53,017 nt of DNA from a virus. Its lineage: Duplodnaviria > Caudoviricetes. The translations under genes were made by a program, and so were the position numbers. The stretch is from IMG/VR virus record IMGVR_UViG_3300032116_000284, positions 1-53,017 of that record; one strand, written 5' to 3'. The notes below the pieces were generated by a model. That model was not told the origin of the DNA, ran no database searches, and worked only from the letters and a program-made list of their open reading frames with translations. Position 1 is the first letter of the stretch. Every line of letters begins with the position of its first letter. Shown here piece by piece: positions 46,444 to 53,017 of the stretch.

Positions 46444-46711
46444 ACTGATCTTTCAGAACTACAAACCAGGAACCATGGTTCGGGCGAAGTTCAGCCATGC
46501 ATCACTGTTTTTTGTTGTTGGGAGCAAGCCATATCGATATCTCGACGTAGCCAAGAATGATATTGTCATGGTTCTGAGCGTGAGAAAAGAACGAACCAAC
46601 CTCGGATTTCTCTGGGCTCTGACTTTTCTTTTGCTCGATGGCAATATTGGAGAGCTGCGAATGCGTGGTGCTTCAGACTCGTTTTCGTATTACTTCGAAC
46701 CGGTGGACTGA
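46433..46711 (+). CDS. small hypothetical protein
   Basis: YKPGTMVRA...FLLLDGNIG...FEPVD. Confidence 0.55.
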   Translation: MKNELIFQNYKPGTMVRAKFSHASLFFVVGSKPYRYLDVAKNDIVMVLSVRKERTNLGFLWALTFLLLDGNIGELRMRGASDSFSYYFEPVD

Positions 46712-46756
46712 GCGTTCCTGTATCGCCCCCGACAGGAACAACTTCGAAGTTGAGAG

Positions 46757-47020
46757 CTAGTTACCAGTGGACCCTAGAGGCTTGTTGGTCTCTGGGGTCT
46801 CGGACGTTCTGAGGTCTTCGATTTCCTTGAGCATCTTATCGATGCTGCGGTCGAAGTATTCCTTGTAGTCTTCGGACATAACGACCTTGCCATCTTCGCC
46901 TACGGTTACTCTGAGCATTCTCATGTTGTCAACAACATGGGTGCCTGTGAGGATAGCCAGCTGTAGAAGCTTGGCGATTTGTCCGATGAGTTCGTCACTT
47001 AGTTGATGTTGTGTTGACAT
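46757..47020 (-). CDS. hypothetical protein
   Basis: 87-aa ORF overlapping dnaJ end with AAGGA RBS. Confidence 0.6.
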   Translation of the reverse strand: MSTQHQLSDELIGQIAKLLQLAILTGTHVVDNMRMLRVTVGEDGKVVMSEDYKEYFDRSIDKMLKEIEDLRTSETPETNKPLGSTGN

Positions 47021-48014
47021 TTGGGTTTTCCTTGTTGTACAAGCTAGCGAGTTGTTCGATTATTGTCTTGTGTTCTTCGCTGATAGGTTCTGAAGGCAGG
47101 GCTACAACGGGAACAACGTACATGTCTCCCCGTTCCTTGCTTGCTACTGAAGCGTATACTCCCTTACCTTTCACACGAAGCATCTGCCCGTTGGACAGCT
47201 TGGGAAAGTTGACGCTTACGGTAGAGCCATCAACGGTAGGAATGGAGTAGGCACCACCTAGCACAGCTATGTGATATGGGACGTACGTCTCCATAATAAC
47301 CCTGCCATCGGTTCCCAGTTGAACGTTGTCTGGAACTTGTACATGTACTCTTGTGAGCACTTCATTGTTTTCATCGATGGTCGTGTGCAAGGTTGTGTCG
47401 AAGATAACTCCTCTTGGGATGTTCACCCGAACTTCTTTTTGCTCTATCGTTACACCTTGGCCGTTGCAAGCCTCGCACTTTGGATATGTGAACCCTGCCA
47501 CACACTCACCACAGGTTTTGTCCTTGTCTGTTGGGTGCTTGCCGGAGCCGTTGCAGGATGTGCATTGCCGCCTCTGTGAGCCTTGTCTGTGGCAGGTGGA
47601 ACAGTTGATGCGTGTTGGTACGGTGACAACCCTTTCCTGCCCCTGCAACGTCTCCTGGAGAGAAAGACCCATATCCACAACGTAGCGGTTCTTGGGGGCT
47701 TGGCGAGGGCGATGGGCGTCCACCTTGCCGTTGAACCCGAAGAAGCTGTGGAATATGTCTTCCGGTGATACGTGCATGTTGTTGCCGAACGGGAAAGGGA
47801 AACCACTGGACTGTGGAGCGTCATAAGCTTTACGCTTGTCTTCGTTTCCTAGGACTTCGTAAGCCTCAGTAACTTCCTTGAACTTATGTTCAGCTTCCTT
47901 GTTGCCTTGATTCCTGTCTGGATGGTAGTCGAAGGCGAGCTTGCGGTAAGCCTTCTTGATGTCATCCTGTGAGGCAGTCTTGTCAACGCCCAAAGTCGAG
48001 TAGTGGTCTTTCAT
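46995..48014 (-). CDS. dnaJ: DnaJ co-chaperone (class A, with zinc finger)
   Basis: IKKAYRKLA..YHPDRN J-domain, CxxCxGxG repeats, C-terminal LRVKGKG...RGDMYV. Confidence 0.92.
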   Translation of the reverse strand: MKDHYSTLGVDKTASQDDIKKAYRKLAFDYHPDRNQGNKEAEHKFKEVTEAYEVLGNEDKRKAYDAPQSSGFPFPFGNNMHVSPEDIFHSFFGFNGKVDAHRPRQAPKNRYVVDMGLSLQETLQGQERVVTVPTRINCSTCHRQGSQRRQCTSCNGSGKHPTDKDKTCGECVAGFTYPKCEACNGQGVTIEQKEVRVNIPRGVIFDTTLHTTIDENNEVLTRVHVQVPDNVQLGTDGRVIMETYVPYHIAVLGGAYSIPTVDGSTVSVNFPKLSNGQMLRVKGKGVYASVASKERGDMYVVPVVALPSEPISEEHKTIIEQLASLYNKENPNVNTTSTK

Positions 48015-48244
48015 TATTGAGGCTTCTTGTAGAGGTTCTCTTGTGCGTAGTCAGCTAGAGCCTTGTGGAACTGTGCTAGTTCCTCAAGGGTGAATCCAAC
48101 GTCGTCTGTTATCCCTGGCTGCTTGTCAAGGATGAGCTCTGGCCTGTTGAATCGTCCTTGCTCTCTGGTCCAGTATTCAACGTGTCTTACCTTGACAACC
48201 CAAGCTCCTCTTGTGCCAACAACCTTTTCGTGTAGAACTCTCAT
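48014..48244 (-). CDS. hypothetical protein
   Basis: 76-aa ORF translationally coupled on both sides. Confidence 0.55.
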   Translation of the reverse strand: MRVLHEKVVGTRGAWVVKVRHVEYWTREQGRFNRPELILDKQPGITDDVGFTLEELAQFHKALADYAQENLYKKPQ

Positions 48245-49278
48245 TTGTTTCCCTTGTTCATCTTGGCTCTCCTGAGTCCCAGGAGACCATAGCCTGTGAT
48301 GTCGCTGTAAGCATCCTCAAGCCCCTCTTGAGTGCCATTGTCATTGGTGCTGATTCTCATGAGCTTGTCGAATATTCTGACAACACAGAGCATGTCACCA
48401 AACTGTTCTGGCTTTACTCCGTTCGGGTAGAGAACACGAAGGAACTGGTCAGCCTTGTCAAAAGCAGAACCGTACGCCTTGTTCTTGCTGGATACAAGCT
48501 TGCCAATGTCTCCAGCTAGCTCTTCGAAGGTTGGGACATCTGTTGATCGAGCCCCAATGGTCCACGACGCTGGCACGAAACGCTCTTGTGCGCAAGGGCC
48601 TTCAGGAAACGAGGGAATGCCATCGGTCACGTCAGGCACAAACTCGGGCACTTTTATTTGTGCCTCTGCAACTTTGTCCTTCGGTTCCCAGGTTTCGATT
48701 GTGAAAGTGCCTTCCATGTCGGCGACGGCCTTGGTTATCACTCTGTCGGTTGTGGCAAGAATCTGGAACTCAAACGGCAAGAAAGTGAAACGCTTATCCT
48801 TCTTGGATATAGGATCCAGCTCTGTGGCGTTGAGCAACCGAAACACGTCATGGTTACATAGTCCCAAAGATATCCGTGTGAAGTAGACCTTGTTGTTCAC
48901 AAGGTGAACGGCACTTTGATACAGCTTGGCTCCACCGGCAATGAACACTTCTCCATATGGATGTTCAGCAGCATACTCCAGAGCTGCCTCAACCGATCGA
49001 AACACGAACTGTTCGGTTTCGATTCCTGGGGTGGGACGCCAGATGCGCTCTTCTGGACAGGCTGACACTGTCAGCACTCTCCTGCCCGGAAGAGATGGGA
49101 GCTTCATGTAGGTTTTACGGCCAACAATCAGTGTGTGACCTGTTGTAACATCTTTGAAGTGCGCAAGGTCATCTGCACAGTGCCATGGTAGCCCTGTCTT
49201 CGACTGGTCGTCCCCAATAAGAAGGCCGTGTGGTGTTGGGCACGCAGCCAGAATCATGTTTACTTTTTGCTCAGTCAT
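48241..49278 (-). CDS. dihydrofolate reductase fused to DUF1599-like (nucleotide-modification-associated) domain
   Basis: LIG...LPWHCADDLAHFKDVT...GRKTY...LPGR...FIAGGAKLY; C-terminal KNKAYGSAF...DKLMRI...DAYSDITGYGLL. Confidence 0.8.
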   Translation of the reverse strand: MTEQKVNMILAACPTPHGLLIGDDQSKTGLPWHCADDLAHFKDVTTGHTLIVGRKTYMKLPSLPGRRVLTVSACPEERIWRPTPGIETEQFVFRSVEAALEYAAEHPYGEVFIAGGAKLYQSAVHLVNNKVYFTRISLGLCNHDVFRLLNATELDPISKKDKRFTFLPFEFQILATTDRVITKAVADMEGTFTIETWEPKDKVAEAQIKVPEFVPDVTDGIPSFPEGPCAQERFVPASWTIGARSTDVPTFEELAGDIGKLVSSKNKAYGSAFDKADQFLRVLYPNGVKPEQFGDMLCVVRIFDKLMRISTNDNGTQEGLEDAYSDITGYGLLGLRRAKMNKGNK

Positions 49279-49303
49279 CCGTGTATGTTCTCCTGTGAGG
49301 GAG

Positions 49304-49332
49304 ATAATGACACGGGATTATCTGGTTGTCAA
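49304..49332 (-). promoter_or_regulatory. sigma70-type promoter for DHFR operon
   Basis: TTGACA-N17-CATTAT, then AGGAG RBS. Confidence 0.65.
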
Positions 49333-49958
49333 CCGAATGTCATCTGCACGTCGAAGGTGACTTCAATCTTCGGGAGCTTGATATGGTTGACAAGGCCGTG
49401 CTTCTTGGCTTCCTCGGCATCCAGAAACAAATCAGCATGACCGTTCTCATGAACGAGCTTCGAGAAGTAGTCGGCGGGCTGACCAGCGCCAATAGCCATC
49501 ATCTTGAAGATAATCTTGTTGAGACGGTCGACTTCCTTGGCTTCCGCCTTGATTTCTTCAACCTTGCCCATGGCAGCAGAAGCTACGTCATGGATCATGA
49601 CCGTGCCTGTGGGTGCCATGTACCGATGTCCTTCAGCACCACATGCCAACAGAACCGCCCCACATGACATAGCCTTGCCCATGCAGATGGTTGCAACAGT
49701 CATCTTGCTTGCCTTGATGACATCAACCATCTTGAGAAGAGAATATACCTCACCGCCATACGAGTCGATGATGACAGGGACAATCTCCTGTCCCGTGTTC
49801 TGTGCGTTGATCATTCCCTCAAGAAAGTCCTTGGCGCTATCCTCGGTGAACTTGTTCACGTAGATGATGTGTGGAGACTTGTACTTGACAGCCAGATCCC
49901 CACTGTCCGGAATATCCACCTTCGTTAGTCCTGGGTTTCTCACTTTTACTTCGAACAT
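49329..49958 (-). CDS. clpP: ClpP-family serine protease
   Basis: IDSYGGEV, GKAMSCGAVLL (catalytic Ser), VMIHD (His), ADLFLDAEEA...GLV. Confidence 0.9.
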   Translation of the reverse strand: MFEVKVRNPGLTKVDIPDSGDLAVKYKSPHIIYVNKFTEDSAKDFLEGMINAQNTGQEIVPVIIDSYGGEVYSLLKMVDVIKASKMTVATICMGKAMSCGAVLLACGAEGHRYMAPTGTVMIHDVASAAMGKVEEIKAEAKEVDRLNKIIFKMMAIGAGQPADYFSKLVHENGHADLFLDAEEAKKHGLVNHIKLPKIEVTFDVQMTFG

Positions 49959-50046
49959 ATATTGGGTCGCTCCTGTGTGGGGTTATAGTGAAAGCTAGCA
50001 CGCTTATCAGACTACCAGCATGATAATCCGATATCAACGCCTACTA

Positions 50047-50439
50047 TTATTTCGGTATCATACCTGTGTTCACCACTTGATAGATAAGCTCCACTTCGTG
50101 TTCTAGGACGGTATACTCTCTTCGAACACCTACAGTATCCGTTTCCGGAATAACACCGACTAGCTCAACGTACTTCCAGTCCATTCCTGGCTGCTGGTAC
50201 ACAGCCTTCACAAGCCCTAGAACATATCCACGGCGAAGGCTATATTCGTCATATCTGGGTGTGGGCGTGCCAGTTGACAACCGAGCTTGACATATGTCAG
50301 GTCTAAGCTTCAGCGTTACGAAGTTTCCTGGCTTGAGGCAAGAAAAACCAGAACCACCCACCGTTTCTATAGCCGCTTTCTTTACGTTCTTGTTGCTGGA
50401 CAACTTGTTTCGAAACCAACTCCAGATAGATTCACTCAT
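50047..50439 (-). CDS. hypothetical protein
   Basis: 130-aa ORF; LKPGNFVTL motif. Confidence 0.55.
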   Translation of the reverse strand: MSESIWSWFRNKLSSNKNVKKAAIETVGGSGFSCLKPGNFVTLKLRPDICQARLSTGTPTPRYDEYSLRRGYVLGLVKAVYQQPGMDWKYVELVGVIPETDTVGVRREYTVLEHEVELIYQVVNTGMIPK

Positions 50440-50449
50440 ACCTAGAGTT

Positions 50450-50824
50450 ATGCGAAGACGGATAAAGGTTGGTCATGTGCCGGTTGTCGTGAAAGTGCTT
50501 GTCTCTCCTGAAGACAAGAGAAACGGTTTCATGGGTTGGAAACACTGTCCAGAGAACTTCGGCATGCTGTTCATCAACCATGCAGCCAAGAAACAGAGTT
50601 TCTGGATGCCTGACGTTCCTTTTGACCTTGAAGCTCTGGGCTTCGATGACAACAACATACTTGTTCAAGTGCTTGCCTTGAAAGCCATGGACAGAACGTC
50701 TAGGAGCTTCAGCAGAGCCGTCAAGCACGTTGTTGAGATGCCAGCCGGTTGGTGTAAGAAGAATGGAATAGAACCGGGTTGTAGCTTGACTGTGAGCCAA
50801 CACCAGCCAGAGGCCAACCGGTAG
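50450..50824 (+). CDS. DUF192-family protein
   Basis: GFMG...GMLF...SFWM...FDLE...VVEMPAGWC...GI; start taken at ATG 50450. Confidence 0.8.
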   Translation: MRRRIKVGHVPVVVKVLVSPEDKRNGFMGWKHCPENFGMLFINHAAKKQSFWMPDVPFDLEALGFDDNNILVQVLALKAMDRTSRSFSRAVKHVVEMPAGWCKKNGIEPGCSLTVSQHQPEANR

Positions 50825-50827
50825 AGA

Positions 50828-51082
50828 CTACTTCTTGCCGTGAAGAGCTGGGGATGCTGTCTTTACTGCCTTGTTTGCATCGTCTTGCCAGAACCCACGT
50901 TCCTTCTTCTTGTCCTTGTTCATGGCGGCTGTGCCTATTGGTGCTGTGTATCCAACAACGCCACCAGCTCCAAGTGCGTTTACTTCCTCAAGGTCGGCTT
51001 CGTCTTCTTGCTCTGGTTCTTCTGTGTCAAACAGCAGTCCTGAAAGAGAAACAGAGTCTTTGTCTTCGGGTTTTGTAGTCAT
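50828..51082 (-). CDS. small acidic late protein
   Basis: TAGTTAT upstream; DLEEVNALGAGGVVGYTAPIG. Confidence 0.6.
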   Translation of the reverse strand: MTTKPEDKDSVSLSGLLFDTEEPEQEDEADLEEVNALGAGGVVGYTAPIGTAAMNKDKKKERGFWQDDANKAVKTASPALHGKK

Positions 51083-51165
51083 AGCACAGGATAACTAGAA
51101 ACGACCGGCAGCTAGCCAACAAGAACTGCTAGTTATTGGCACTACTTCAACACGGAGACTTCCAA

Positions 51166-51945
51166 GTGACGAAACTACCCATGAAAGAACTGGTAAAGAT
51201 GGTTATGGAGCAAGTCCAAGCCCAACAGCCAGCAGTACCACAAGACGCTATCGAGAAGCTTGTTTCCGATGTCATCAACGCCTTGATGGCAAAACCTGAA
51301 TTCAAGGCTGCCTTGAAGCAAGGAAAACAAGGATTGAGCCCACTGTCTCCAGCTGAATCATCATCAAAACTTGTCAACGCCATCAAAAACAAGTTGTCAG
51401 CTGCAATCAAGTCTCCTCCTCCAACCGAGATGCCAGCGGCTCCCGGCGCAGCTAGCGGCACAGCACCAACACAGATGGCTCAGCAGCCTCAACAAGCTCC
51501 AGTAGCAAGAGATGCAGGTACAGTAGCTCCACCCAGAAGAGCTGGCGCTGATAAAGCTACAGTGGCTCCTGGTGCCAAGCCTGCGAAGCCACAGGCCATG
51601 ATTCGTTCCTACGAAGAGCTTGAACAGTTTGCAAGCACTAGATCAGGTCTAGGAGCCATTCTCAAGCTTCACGAACAAGAGCCAACAGTGTTTCCGAAGG
51701 AAACCATCGTGGCCATGGTCAACGGTGACAAGGCAGCCCTTCAACACTTCATCGAACAGACGAAACTAGCTAGCCAGGGAACAGACAAGTACAAGGCTCA
51801 GACCATGGCAAATGCACTTATTGGTCTGGAGTCCTACGGTGTTCGTGGCTTCACAAGAGAGTTCACCGACAACTTCGTCAGATACCTCAAGAAGAAGGGC
51901 TTGATGGAAAGCGTTTCCCCCACGCTTTCATCCATCTTGTTCTGA
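51166..51945 (+). CDS. Pro/Ala/Gln-rich putative head-associated protein
   Basis: TAGTTAT and GGAG upstream of GTG 51166; leader TKLPMKELVKMVMEQ. Confidence 0.6.
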   Translation: MTKLPMKELVKMVMEQVQAQQPAVPQDAIEKLVSDVINALMAKPEFKAALKQGKQGLSPLSPAESSSKLVNAIKNKLSAAIKSPPPTEMPAAPGAASGTAPTQMAQQPQQAPVARDAGTVAPPRRAGADKATVAPGAKPAKPQAMIRSYEELEQFASTRSGLGAILKLHEQEPTVFPKETIVAMVNGDKAALQHFIEQTKLASQGTDKYKAQTMANALIGLESYGVRGFTREFTDNFVRYLKKKGLMESVSPTLSSILF

Positions 51946-51961
51946 GTTGAAGAGAAACCGT

Positions 51962-52267
51962 TCAGGTTCTTGGCTTGCCCCACTGGGGTTTCTGGCCCTG
52001 TTGTTGTGGTTGTGCTGGTTGCTGTGGTTGCAGAACAGCTAGAAGAGCCATTCGAATCTTCTCCTTCATCTTCGGATCGGAAGCGGCAAGCTCCCCTCCA
52101 CCTTGAATAGAAGCTCTACCGGACATAGCTGCAAGATCAGAGGCTACCTTCTCAACGTAGTTCTGCAGTTCTTTGGCCTTCACAATGTCCTCTTGCTGGC
52201 CTTCCTTGAGGGTTGATTCAACAGCTTCCTTGATGAGCTGCTTGAGTTGCTTGAGCGTGATTTTCAT
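51962..52267 (-). CDS. putative internal head protein with MKITLKQLKQLIKEAV leader
   Basis: TAGTTAC and AAGGA upstream of ATG 52267. Confidence 0.65.
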   Translation of the reverse strand: MKITLKQLKQLIKEAVESTLKEGQQEDIVKAKELQNYVEKVASDLAAMSGRASIQGGGELAASDPKMKEKIRMALLAVLQPQQPAQPQQQGQKPQWGKPRT

Positions 52268-52298
52268 GGTTGTTCCTTGCTGAGTAACTAGCTGAATA

Positions 52299-52916
52299 TC
52301 AGAGCAGCTGCTTGGCGATTTCGGTATGGGTCTTGCTGGACACATAGACCTTTATGGCAGGCATACCTTCGCAGAGAGCCTTCACCGTGTCGAGCTTCAC
52401 GTCTGCAAGCTGCTCGGCAAGAATCTTGCACAACGGCTCTACTTCGCCTTCCATGAGGTTTACTGTGTTGGCCTTCAGTAGACAGAACTCCAGGAGCTTC
52501 GAAGCGTCTGTCTTGTTGTATTGCTGAGCCAAACTCTTGGAACCGTCAAGCTTGTTGCCTGTCATGATTCTGTAGATGGCTGGTCCTAGGCATGTTCTGA
52601 AACTCTCCGAGATGAACCCATAGCTCAACAGAGCACGCTCCATTGCTGGTGTTGAGCTCTTGCCCTCAAGCAGAACGTCGGAGGTTCTCTTCACAAGCAT
52701 GTAAAGTGTAGGCACAGAACTCTTGTGCTGCTCTGCTAGCTGTTCCAGCTGTTCCACTTGTTCGGCAAGCAGAACCGTTTCCGTGTGTTCCTTCAAGAAC
52801 ACGTCCGTTGGATAAACGTTCTGTTGCAGCAGGCTCACCTTGGCTTCGAACAGCTTGTTCTGCTGGAATGCCTTGTAAGCTGTCTCTAGTGTCTGATTAC
52901 TCTTGGTTGTTGTCAC
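52299..52916 (-). CDS. hypothetical late protein
   Basis: TAGTTAT (52944-52950) and AGGGAG RBS before GTG 52916; several LxE sites. Confidence 0.6.
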   Translation of the reverse strand: MTTTKSNQTLETAYKAFQQNKLFEAKVSLLQQNVYPTDVFLKEHTETVLLAEQVEQLEQLAEQHKSSVPTLYMLVKRTSDVLLEGKSSTPAMERALLSYGFISESFRTCLGPAIYRIMTGNKLDGSKSLAQQYNKTDASKLLEFCLLKANTVNLMEGEVEPLCKILAEQLADVKLDTVKALCEGMPAIKVYVSSKTHTEIAKQLL

Positions 52917-53017
52917 TGTGACACTCCCTGTGTATGTGTGAGCATAACTAGGAATCCATGTGGCAAACATAAACGTGTTGTCATTTCGATAATCCTCCTG
53001 TATTATTGGTCTTGAAC

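Noticed and set aside
1-53017. Stop-codon reassignment
   Set aside because: Long intact ORFs under the standard code, with genes ending in TAA, TAG and TGA
1-53017. tRNA, rRNA or ribozyme genes
   Set aside because: No cloverleaf or ribozyme core recognised by eye in intergenic gaps; tRNAscan-SE/Infernal would be needed to exclude them
1-53017. Cellular origin suggested by dnaJ, clpP, groEL-like, phoH and DHFR
   Set aside because: These genes are divergent and interleaved with tail, baseplate and T4-like replication genes sharing phage-type promoter motifs

Overview
This window is a 53 kb segment of a large tailed dsDNA phage (jumbo/T4-like myovirus organisation, standard genetic code, roughly 50% GC with higher-GC early islands). 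It carries a contractile-tail module (tape measure, tube-initiator-like protein, LysM/gpX, gpD-like hub, gp26-like chaperone with a probable frameshifted extension, fibre-like proteins) and replication genes (gp32-like SSB, exonuclease-less family A polymerase, FEN/RNase H, DnaB/gp41 helicase, Prim-Pol fused in one ORF to a metallophosphoesterase). It also carries nucleotide metabolism genes (intein-containing class II RNR, TK, dUTPase, DHFR fusion, Nudix), PhoH, an Hc1-like histone, and a proteostasis set (DnaJ, ClpP, divergent GroEL-like, AAA+, MoxR/VWA). The most unusual signal is a 30-bp element, CTC(T/A)AGC(C/G)AGTGGAACATTACCAGAGAGGG, with an invariant 22-bp core. It occurs three times, about 18-21 kb apart: inside the polymerase gene, in an intergenic gap, and inside the primase ORF, read in different frames, with G-tract arrays beside two copies. 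Two promoter classes are readable by eye: a TAnTTAn late-type motif and sigma70-type, often leaderless, early promoters. All product calls come from motif recognition by eye; no database searches were run. I saw no tRNA, rRNA or CRISPR array.
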